This document shows, piece by piece, positions 53,900-64,000 of a stretch of DNA of 64,000 nucleotides (positions are counted from its first letter, which is position 1; the number at the start of each line of letters is the position of its first letter). The notes under the pieces were generated by a model. That model was not told the DNA's origin. It was given only the letters and a program-made list of their open reading frames with translations, and made no database searches. Origin of the DNA: Monocercomonoides exilis PA203. Its lineage: Eukaryota > Protista > Preaxostyla. Location of the stretch: positions 744,001 to 808,000 of the forward strand of contig LSRY02000007.1 in the NCBI GenBank assembly GCA_001643675.2, read 5' to 3'. The translations under genes and the position numbers were made by a program.

Positions 53900-54234
53900 G
53901 TGCAGCTTCATTCCATTTCTTGTTTCTGTTTTTCTTCAATAAAAAAATGAATTTTGATTGAATTGGCACAAATAAACTCTTTTCAAAAATGAAGTGAATA
54001 AATCTGGAAAGAGAAAATCAGATGGAACATAAAAATACTTTTAAAAAAATCGAAAACAAAATGAAATGTGGTTGAAAGATGATGAAATGTTTCCAAAAAT
54101 TGTCGAATTTACCCATGTGAAGCGTGAAATATGAAATGATAAAATAAAAAGAGAAAGAAAACAAATTTTCATAAAGATTATTGCTTTTTTTTCTTCAATT
54201 TGCTTAAAATTATCTGCTCCAGATGCCAAATGAA

Positions 54235-55323
54235 TTATCTGTGGCGCTTAGAATGAATTGAAGGAAATGAGGATCCAGAAGAGGTTGATGAAGTGGTTGA
54301 AGAAGGCCCTTTTCTCTTTTCAAGTTCCTCTTTGAAATTATCTTCTGGAACAAGCGAAAATTGTCTGCAAAATGCGGTGTATCGATCGCACAGGCGTGTT
54401 CTTGACTAAAATGAAAAAATAAAAATGTTCATAATTGAAAACATCGTTGTTGTTTTTATATATTTATACAACCTCAAATTCATCGTAAACATTACGATGA
54501 TTAAAATAAACATGAGCAAATATTCGATATAATCTGCGTGCCATTGAGTTAAATGTGTCATTTGATTTTGTACTAATAACATCTCTGAAAATTAAGATTA
54601 TTTGTAGAAAAATATTTGTGAAACGAAAATCATAAATCATATCAATTTAAAATACCTGTTAGGAAACAACTGACGACTGTCAAGAAGTGATAAAATTGCT
54701 TCAATAGTATGTGTTGTGTAATCTATTGCGCAACACTTGAATTTTTTGGTAAAAAAAACTTTAAAAAAGTGTGAAATTTCAAAGCAAACTTCAGTTGCTT
54801 TTGGATGAGAAGAGCACAAAAATTGCCATTCGTTTGTAGCTTTCATTTTTGGACATGTCTGAATCGTGCAAATTGTGTCAAGTTCTCCCGCAAGCTGGCC
54901 TATTTCCATTACAAAATGTCTATAAATCAATCTTCTTTAACGTTTGCTAAAGTCCCATTGCAGCACACCTCATATTGTAATAAAGCCAAGTTTGTTGCTG
55001 TATTGGAGATGGAACTGCATATAGAGATGCGGGAATTTCTGGTTGAATTTTTGAAGTTGGATCAATCGAATCCATGAACATGTCTAATTTCAAATTTTTA
55101 TGCAACACATTGACATTCAATGTTGTGTCATACCTGTAATATATTCAATATAGGATTGAACCGTTGGAAAATCGGTAACTCTCATTCCAGGTTTTCTCCA
55201 TGAATAAAATGAAGAGCTCTTTGTTCCTTTACAAAAAGAATTATATTTGTTAAATATTAAGTTATACAAACCTGGCAGTATTCCGCGGAACTCGGGTTCT
55301 GGTTCTGGTTCAACTTGAGACAT
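54235..55323 (-). CDS. MOB4: MOB4/phocein (STRIPAK subunit), about 7 exons
   Basis: PGTKSSSFYSW..TVQSYIE, CTIQTCPKMKATNEWQFLCSSHPKATECCAIDYTTHT, LFPNR, ARRLYRIFAHVYFNHRNVYDEFE, LCDRYTAF are phocein-specific blocks. Stop TAA 54237-54235. Confidence 0.9.
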
Positions 55324-55497
55324 TGTTCAGATTGATCGAACAACCACAAACAATTCTTTTCCTGACATAAGTGTATCTTTGTTTTATTCATCTTTTGTGT
55401 TTGTTATAGGAAATTTATATTTGAAAAAATAATCTGTATTATATTTTTTGATTCAAGATTTTTTGATGAGAGATCACTGAAGATCCAAAACTTTTAA
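55324..55497. promoter_or_regulatory. 174 bp bidirectional promoter region
   Basis: Between divergent ATGs of MOB4 (55323) and UFSP2 (55498). Confidence 0.5.
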
Positions 55498-57679
55498 ATG
55501 TCAAAGGAACCTCCCAATCTTGTATTATCAGACTTGCTTTTAACGTACATAAGAAAAAATATTCAAGGCACATTCATTTACCTTGGTTTTTCAGAAAATT
55601 CACCAATTTTACCAGAAAGAAGTCCTGCACATGCATTTTATCCGCTATCAGTTGATCCAATTTTAAAAACAATAAATAACGATTTACAACTTATCCAAAA
55701 TTTAATTCCGAAGGGAATGGAAATTGTTGGATTTCACTTTAATCCTTCTGTCTTGAAAGATTCTGCATTGACTCAATTTACCAAAACAATTGGATCCTTG
55801 ATTGGAGGTGAACCAATAATAGGCCAGACAGAAATTGCACAAGGAAAAATGAACGTTAGCTTTAAGCAGAATTCTGCTCAGTTTTCTGTTCAGCAAAAAC
55901 CATTCGACGAGTTGATGAGTTCATTTGGATTTTTCTTTGTGAACATTGCACCATTCACTTTTTCATCCAGTCAACAGATGGCACTATGTTTCAATGGTTC
56001 GTTTTATGCTCATTCACAACCCTGGTCCCCAGAGTCTTATTCTTTAAGTGCAGCTGTTCCGACTTTATCAAATCCTGCAATTCTGGCTGAGGGATTATGT
56101 GGAAGTGCAGTTCTTTCATCACCATGGACAAAAACATTTCCTAATGTGTGTGGTGATTATCTTTCTGCGGGAAGATTTTCAATTCCAGAATTGAGTGTTT
56201 TGTCAACTGCTCAATTTGGTGGAGTTACATCAGATAAATCAATTAGTAATCTTCATCCAAATCCGATTCGATTTTTGTGTATGTTTCCTGTCAACGATAA
56301 GTCAATGCCTGTTTCAAAGCTTGTCCGATATGTCTTGAGTTTAATCCACAATTCTATTTCTGCTTCAACATGTGCATCTTCGTCACGTACCCCATCTTCA
56401 TCTTCACCTTCTTCTTCTTTAGGCTTTCAAATTCATTGGCCATCGCTGCTCAGATTTCCTCTTCTTCTTCCTATTTCTGCCTCTTCCTCTGCTTCTGCTT
56501 CTGCATCCTCATCCTCTTCACCTTCACATTCACTATCTTCTTCTGAAGATGTTCTGGAATCGATTCGTCAAGTTATCCACAGAATATTTTCACTCCCACA
56601 GCATCCTCTGTTCTTGCCTGTGAATATGCTGCGTTCTTTCAACATTGGCAATTGCATAGGCAGTGCAGCAGAAGCCAAAGAAAGAGGCACAAAAAAGGAA
56701 GGAAAGCGAAGCAGAGATGCTGAAGGAACGGGTTCTGATTTGGGTCATCCGTTCGACCAGATGCTGCAGAATGTGCATCTGTCGCTTCCTCCGACAAATC
56801 ATGCTGATTACATCGTGGGGCTAGTGAGTGGGTCGTACACGTACTATCACTACGACCAGCAAGGTGAGAATGACGCTGGATGGGGCTGCGCCTATCGCTC
56901 TCTGCAGACGCTGTGCTCGTGGCTCCAGTTCCAAAGATACGGCGATGCTGACCCACCGCGCCTAGATGACATCAAAGAGACGCTCGTGGTGATTGGAGAT
57001 AAGCAGCCGGAGTTTCTGAAGCAGAGCAATCCGTGGATCGGATCAATTGAGATTAGCTTGCTGTTGGATCATTTTTATAATGTTTGCATAAAATATATAT
57101 ATTCTTATATTTCTTAACTTTTGATTCATTTTTCTAATGATAAAAATTATTTGTTGAATTTTGCTTGTTTATTTACTCTGTAATTTTCAATTGTCTTTCC
57201 CTTGAGCAGATTGAGTCACGAATCATTCATCTTTCAGACGGTAGTAAGTTTGACGATCATGCTGATGAATTAATCGACCATTTCCAGACGATGGGCACTC
57301 CTGTGATGATTGGTTTGATCGTTATCAATATTCTCATAAAATTGATAAATTTTCTTTTTCTTTTTTTTTTATAATCAAACATGTCTTACCGTTAATATTG
57401 AAATCTGCATTAACATCATATTTAACATTTATTATTTATTATTTATCTTCATTTCTATCTTCTATTTCAGGCGGAGGTGTCCTTGCATACACTTTATTAG
57501 GAGTGAGAATATCAAAGAAAGAGAAAAAACCCGAGTATCTTATCCTTGATCCACACTATCCAGGCAAAGAAAAGCTGTCAGTCATCTGCGGGAGGTGGGT
57601 TGCGTGGCATCCCTCGTCTCTATTCAGAAACGATGTGCATTACAACCTCTGCTTGCCTCAGGCAAGACCCTGCATTTAA
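55498..57679 (+). CDS. UFSP2: Ufm1-specific protease, long UFSP2 type (peptidase C78), 3 exons
   Basis: YYHYDQQGENDAGWGCAYRSLQTLCSW, WIGSIEI, TPVMIG|GGVLAYTLLG, ILDPHY. Exons ~55498-57081, 57210-57312, 57470-57679. Long N-terminal extension. Confidence 0.9.
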
Positions 57680-58024
57680 TCTGTCTGATTCATGTTTGTG
57701 TGTTTGTCTTTGGTTTTTTATTCTCTTTCTCTTTCTTCTAAATCTTCCTCTCATCAAAAGCTTCCCTCGGTTGATGTTGGTTTATCAAAAATATTTCATT
57801 TCATAATCTTCTGCTTCTTCTTAAAAATCTTCAATTTCTCTACCAATTTCTAGCTTTTTTGAAATAAAAGTGTTGAAAAATAAGTAATAAACAATAAAAA
57901 AAGCAATTATTTCAAGAATACTTTGTTTTAATTAACTTCTTTTCATTGTCTATAACCACAATGATAAGAGGGAAACTAAAGAAAAAAGGAAGATATGAAG
58001 ATAAAAAAGTGCGAAGTGATGTAT

Positions 58025-60961
58025 TTAAGGTTTCAGAACAGTGAGTTTTGGTACAAGTGGAATTGTCTGAGAACTCTGTGAAATTTCATCCATTTCATTG
58101 TCCAGAAGCAGATTTACACCAACAGGAACTGATCTATCGCCAATTGGCATGTCTTCTTCATCGCCTGTTCCATCAGGACCATCCTCTCCATCATTGTCAC
58201 CATCTCCATCAACTTCAATGGCATTTTGCATCGCATTATCCCATATTGCATCCACTTGCTCAGGAAGTGCCTCTTCATTGTCTTCATCCACCACAATACA
58301 TCCAGATCCGAACGCCTCGCTTGAGACTGACTCCAAAAGCGCTTTGGCATTCGAGGACAACGCAGTGCCAGTTGATGCACTTGCAGCTTCTCCGTCCTTT
58401 TTGTCTTTGTCTTCTGCTTTGCCTTTATCTCCTTTGCCTTCCTCTTTGTTTCCGCTCGCTTCAAGTTCTTTCTTTGCTTCTTTCTCTCTAATCTCTGCAT
58501 CTGTGAGGTGCTTGGCGGAGAATAAACGAAGTGTTGAACGAGTGGGATCTTTAAACAAAATAAAGTCGAGAATTGGCTGTATTTGCTTGGCAGACTCCAA
58601 TTCCTCTTCAGCTGCCTCAGCGCTGCTGGATGGAACTGTTGAAGATGACGCCTGTGCTGCTATTGTTTTTGAGTCAAAGGCTTTCTCATCAACGTGCATA
58701 ATGTTCACCTGATAATTCGTCTGCCTCACATACTCCAAAATAGTCCTCAGAATCTCCCAAGCTGATCCAATGTTAACGTTAGCAATTGAAGACAGTTGGT
58801 CAACTGTGAACGTGCGTGTTAGCAGAAGTGCGTGTCGCATCGAAGAAAGTGAAGAAATCGCTCCGATGCTCGCAACGCTCCATCCAGCTGAGTTCAATGT
58901 GTTGATTGTGGAAGCAGTCACTCCTGTGGAAATAGACCAAAGAGAAGGTGTTGGTGACGAAGGGCGGTTCGGCTGAGGTTTGGCAATAGAAGACGGCACA
59001 GTTGATGATGATGGTGTTGCTGCACGTGGCGTTGCGTTTTGTTTCTCTTTCTTTTTGCCCTTTTGTCCTTTTCCGCCTTTGGCTTGATTTCCTTTGCCAG
59101 ATGGAGACGGAGACGGAGAAGATACAGCTGCGGGTGAAGGAGACAATGCTGGAGATGGCAAAGGAGCAGAAGAAGATGAAAGACGTGCCACAAATCCCAG
59201 CTTCAGCACGTTGACATGAGCCAAATGCGCCTTTAGCAGCCAGCGCGACAGACGGAACGAGTTGTTCTTTGCTTCTGTCGAGAGAACCATTCCTGTCTTT
59301 GTTTCCAGGATTTTCGTCCAGCCAGTCACACGGCTATCGAGCTCATTCAGACAATGCAGCGAGACATAAGGTGTTAGCACACCTTCAGTCGATGATGACG
59401 GGTTGGTGAATTCATACGGCATGGGAAAGTCTTTTGGAGTGACATTGCGCACTTTTTCGAGGAACTCCTTCAATTTGTGTCCTGCTTCGCGCGCTGCTGA
59501 GAGAGCTGGTTGTGAGCTGGGAGATTTTGTTGAAGGAGACAAAAGAGCGTCCACTCTTGCTCGATACACAAGTGTGATGGTGCTTGTCAGGCGAACAGCA
59601 AAGTATCTGTAAAGAAATGGAGGCATTTCGGGTGAGAAATCTGGTTTGGCTCGTTCAAGAGCTTTCGATGCAGAGTCAGCTGATTCTTCTATTTCTTGCT
59701 TGATTTTTTCTGCATCTTCTTCTTTTGTAGAAGGCTCATCTGTTGCTTCAGGTTCTGCAGCTGAATCTTGGCTCGCCGGCTCTGAAGCTGCTTGTTTTTT
59801 GTTTCGTAACAAATTTTCGCTCTCTTTAGTTTGTCTCTTTATATTACTAAAAACAGAAATAAGTCCTTTCTTCGAAACAGTATTTATTTCTAATGGACTT
59901 GGTTCAGCAATAACTCCAGACGCAAGCATCTTTCCGAGAACTGAACCGCTTTCTTCTGTAATAAGCACACCTCTTTCACTTTTTAAAGAGATGCTTCCTG
60001 CAGCGCCAGCTGCACTAGCTGAATCTGATTGTATAATGTTAACAACATCCTTCAAGACAGCGTCTGGTTGTGGAGCTTCGTATGCATTTTCATTCACAGT
60101 ATATGAGTCCAAAATTGTCTTATTCACTTTGTCGAGAATAATTGCTCCATTGCTCATGGCTTTCATACGTATTTCCCATTGGTAAACGGATCGTGCGCTT
60201 GCCATAATCACAGCCAATATTTCATCAGTTGCAAAGAAAACTCCATCTTTGCGTCCTGGAGATGTTGCAATATCCATCAAAAATGGATCTTCTGATGTCG
60301 TTGTGTCAACGGGCTTTGAAGTAGATGGCCTCAGATGAATTGGTGAATTTGTAGTTGCCTTGTCAAAACTGTCATTGAAATATCCAACGGTTCCCACTTC
60401 CCCCAAAAGAAGAATATCCGAACTTGGTGGTTCTACGCCAACTTTTTTAGAAAGAACTTGGAAATTCCACATGTCGTAATATCTCCAGTCATTGGGAATC
60501 TCAACCTGTTGTTCTCTCATCCTATTTTGTTGATCTAAATATGAAATTTAAAGCATAAATGTTTTAGCAATGATGTCGTTACTAATTAATATCATACTTT
60601 GAGGGTACTTTCTTTTATGCTGAGGAAATTGATACTGAGGAGTACGATAACTATGTTGAGCTTGTTGACGAGGTTTTTCCCAACTCTTCGTTTTAACGCG
60701 ATTAGTAGTTGATTCCACTGAATGAAAACCATCGTCAACTTTTGCTTTTTGATATTTCTGTTGAACTTTGTTTCCATATCGAGACGTTGGAAGTGTTGGA
60801 GAAATAAAATCTGCAACTTTCGGGATACGTTCAAGTTTTGTAAAAGCCGGTTGAATATTAATTGGATGGCTATTAATCGTTTGTGGAGGACCCCACAGCG
60901 AAGGTGAATATGAGGTCTCTCCCTGTGAATGTGGAGGAAAAGCAAGATCGATCAAACTCAT
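58025..60961 (-). CDS. EIF3D: Eukaryotic translation initiation factor 3 subunit D, expanded to ~957 aa
   Basis: Exons 60961-60598 and 60534-58025 (63 nt GT-AG intron). WGPP, FTKLERIPKVADF, TTTSEDP, FATDEILAVIMASARSVYQWEI, TVNENA, LNELDSR, VLSTEAKNNSFRLSRW, KLGFVAR. Confidence 0.9.
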
Positions 60962-61232
60962 TGTTCAAAATACGGGGATGATCAATAATTTCTTTCAAAT
61001 CAATTTTCATTCTTTCGATTTTCACTCACTTTGAATAATACAATTATTTATTTTCCACAAAATGTATGTGAAAGATGTTAATGAAATTTTGTTTTCTGAA
61101 AAAACTGTAAAAGAAAAATATAAATAAAGCCAATTTAACAAGAATCAATAGAAAATTGATGGGAAAAGAAGAAAAATGATAAAGTATCCCATTGAAATAA
61201 TGAAAAATTTCAAGATTTTGAAATGACTGAGA

Positions 61233-62983
61233 TCACTCAAATGTGAAATCCTCTTCGGTTTCAAATTTTGAAAGGACAAGTGTGTGCTCTTGTGTATCGT
61301 TTGATGAAGTATCTATTAAAGATGCAAGACGTCTTTTTTTCCCTTTCTTTTTCTCGTCTTTATTTTCCTCTTCTTGCATCGCTAAACTTTCTGCAGATTT
61401 TTGCTTTTCGATTTCTTCTTCTTTCTGCTTCTGATCAAACTCTTGGGCAACTTGAGCAATTCTTTTCCGTTCTTCTTCAAGTCGTTTTTTTCGTTCTTCT
61501 TTCTTCTTCAATTCTGCTGCTATTTTTCGAGAAAGAAGGTCATCCATTCGTTTTGCCCTTGCTTCCTCTTCTTTCCTCAACTCTTCCAGAGCAGCTCTGC
61601 TATTGCGAATCTCTTCGCATTTCCTCCAAAAGTCACTTATCTTCTTAGCCTTTTCTTTTTCGATCCTTTCATTTTCTCTTCTTTTCTCCAAGAGCATACG
61701 AAACGCACTTTCCTTTTTTTCTTTGTTTTTCCATTCGCCTTGAATAACTTCTGCCATTCTGAATTCTGAATCTGCAATCTCTTTCTTTTTCCTCTGAAGC
61801 TCTTCATAAGCATTGCGCTTTGCTAATTCTTTCCTTCTCTCCGATGTAATTGTATTTGCAGCTTCTTTTTCGATTTTCGAAGAATTTCGATTTTTCATTT
61901 CAATCACCCCATTTTGCTTTTTACAAAAATTCAACCATGACATTTGAATTGCTTTAGCTGCCTTAAGCTCATCTTCTTTTTGAAGCATCTTTCTTCGTTC
62001 TGATTCACAATTTGCTCTCTTTCGGTCTAACATTCTTCTAAACCAGTTGTGAATCAACAATCCATTCATAGCTCGAATTTTTTCATTTTGAATTTGTCTC
62101 AATTTCAGTTCTTCCAGAGCTTTTATTCGTCTGAGTTTTTCTTCCCATTCATCGCTCAACAATTTTGCCGACTTCATTCTTCTTTCTTTTTCTTCATTTT
62201 CTCTATTTGTTCTAACTCTTTCATCTTCTGTTGATTTCTTCTCTCCATCAATTGAATCTATCGAAAGCATATTCTCCTTTTTTACAAGATCAATAGCGTC
62301 CATGATTTCTTCTTCTGAAACATCAATTGTTTCTCTTGCATGTTCAAGGTCTATTTTGAATTTAATGCGATCGCTTGAGTAATCACTTATACGTCTCGCA
62401 AGAACTAAAATTAGATCAACAAATCTCACCGGAAATGTCTCGTTAACAACGTCTGCTGGTATGTAAACATAAGGATCCATATGATAAGCTTTTTTAACCG
62501 CTTCGTTAAAATATACAAAATTTTCCTGATAATTTTCATCTCAACAAAAAAATGGAAATAATAAAAATGAAAACTCTTTCATGAGCTGAGTGGCGCGGCT
62601 TTTCATTAAATCTGTGGTTAATAATAATGTTCACTGAATTACCAAAAAAATGATGCAAGCCTTGGAAGAGAATCTGGAGATGCTTTTTGCACAATTCTGC
62701 AAAGTGACACTCCATCATGCAATGCTTTCTTTTTCACAATTAATATTAATTAAAAAAAAATAATAATAACTCAAAAAATTCTGTTTTCTTACATTTAATG
62801 ATTCATTTCCCAATGATGTTCCTAGAATTTGCTCAACCCAATTTCTTGCAGCAAGTTGTCTTGTCAAAAATTCTAATGCCAAAAATTTCTTTCTTTTCAA
62901 AGAAGTTGAACCTTAAAATGTTAGATAAAACAAAGTAGACATTCACGTATATGGCTTACACTGGATATCAAACTTTCTATCAT
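61233..62983 (-). CDS. Calponin-homology domain protein with IQ-like motifs and coiled coil; 5' end uncertain
   Basis: Spliced CH blocks AARNWVEQILG, HDGVSLCRIV, ENFVYFNEAVKK..ADVVNE, then IQ-like AAKAIQMSWLNF, AEVIQGEWKNK, AKKISDFWRK in a Glu/Lys helix. Candidate ATG at 62983. Confidence 0.65.
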
Positions 62984-63152
62984 CAGTAATAATTACTTCA
63001 AAATATTAAAATAAATATTTATATTTTATGTTTTTTATTATAAGCTTGGATCACTTTCAAATATAAAAAGCACTTGATATATCATTGCAGTGAAGATTGA
63101 AATAAGAAATAAACATTTTTTCTGAAGAATATTTTCAAAAATAAGTTCAGTG

Positions 63153-63570
63153 AAGCTCGATCATAATCACATCGGTTGTAATCAAGAACGCGAATAATCA
63201 CATTTTTTGTGCACTTAAAAATTTTGTATTATTTTATGTGTAATTTCATCATCTATAATCACACAAAAATTGTGAATAATCACAAATTTTGAAATTTTAT
63301 GGGTATTTTTCTGTCTGTTTTGATATTTTTGAAAAATTGAAAGTTGTTTTTTCTGCTTTGTAATGAATAAAAATTTTCAATAAAACATTGCAAATTGAAA
63401 AATCGAAACAAATATGTGCATTTAAATAAATATAGAAAAAATAAAAATTTTCATCAAAAAATAATTATTTCTGAAAAATTTTTCAATGAAAAAACAGTTT
63501 CTGTGATAACCAAGTTCGGTTATAATCACAAAAAATCGTGCAAAATGGACTGTGATTATAACCGAGCTTG
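63153..63570. repeat. Cluster of (CAAGCTCGGTT)ATAATCACA motifs including a 60 bp hairpin
   Basis: 63511-63530 CAAGTTCGGTTATAATCACA and 63551-63570 TGTGATTATAACCGAGCTTG are 19/20 inverted with a 20 bp spacer. Related copies at 63153, 63172, 63194, 63254, 63276. Confidence 0.75.
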
Positions 63571-63792
63571 ACTGCAAATGATATGTGGAGTTATTCGTTA
63601 AATAAATATGGGATGAAATTTCAGGTTTTGTGAAACAAACTAAGATTTGTTCCAAACTTTTTCTGAAATTATATCATAATAAGTCTTATATTCCCTTGCA
63701 AAAAATACTGAAAATTATAAAAATAGAGAAAATTTTACGAAAATTTTGTGTGGAACGATATTCATAAAGCAAAATTTTTCGTCCCATGTGGC

Positions 63793-63871
63793 ATGGTCGA
63801 TCTTTTTTTAAATCATTCTTTCGTTCAAGTTTTGATCAAAATTATTATCTCAATGGGATTTTAAAAAAATG
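63793..63871 (+). repeat. Solo arm of the 603-810 inverted-repeat family
   Basis: ATGGTCGATCTTTTTTTAAATCATTCTTTCGTTCAAGTTTTGATCAAAATTATTATCTCAATGGGATTTTAAAAAAATG aligns along its whole length with both arms at 603-810. Confidence 0.8.
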
Positions 63872-64000
63872 GGTGATTATTTTTGAAATCATAATATTTC
63901 ATTCAAAAATTTCGACAAGAAAATTTCACTTCAATATTCACAAAAGAATAGTGAAATGTTAAAAGGCTTCTGATAGATATTTTCTTCTTTATTTCAGCTT

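Noticed and set aside
6285-57679. Functional cluster of ubiquitin-like proteases (USP plus UFSP2)
   Set aside because: They are 20 kb apart with unrelated genes between; eukaryotic adjacency alone is not evidence.
63153-63570. CRISPR-like array
   Set aside because: Repeats are short, irregularly spaced and in both orientations; no cas genes; eukaryotic context.
603-63871. One 63 kb composite transposon bounded by the shared arms
   Set aside because: The outermost arms are in direct orientation, the interior is housekeeping genes, and no transposase is present; independent insertions are simpler.

Overview
Eukaryotic, AT-rich, gene-dense DNA with short (about 47-150 nt) GT-AG introns, standard genetic code and very Ser/Glu-rich proteins. 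The style strongly resembles an oxymonad (Monocercomonoides-like metamonad), which is an inference. The left 6 kb is accessory-type. It holds two tandem minus-strand secreted/surface-protein genes, each broken by a single lesion just after the start (an (AT)5 frameshift; an in-frame TAA), separated by a MITE-like inverted repeat and a ~250 bp palindrome. From 6.3 to 49.2 kb lie two giant head-to-head genes only 81 bp apart. One encodes a ~9,770 aa USP9X/USP24/USP34-family protein whose catalytic Cys and His appear replaced (probable pseudo-deubiquitinase). The other encodes a ~4,437 aa orphan. A compact housekeeping block follows: LRR/coiled-coil protein, Spp2/GPKOW-type G-patch protein, MOB4/phocein, UFSP2, eIF3d and a CH+IQ protein. 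The last 1 kb is repeat-rich again and carries a solo copy of the left-end repeat arm. No rRNA, tRNA, CRISPR array or transposase was recognised.
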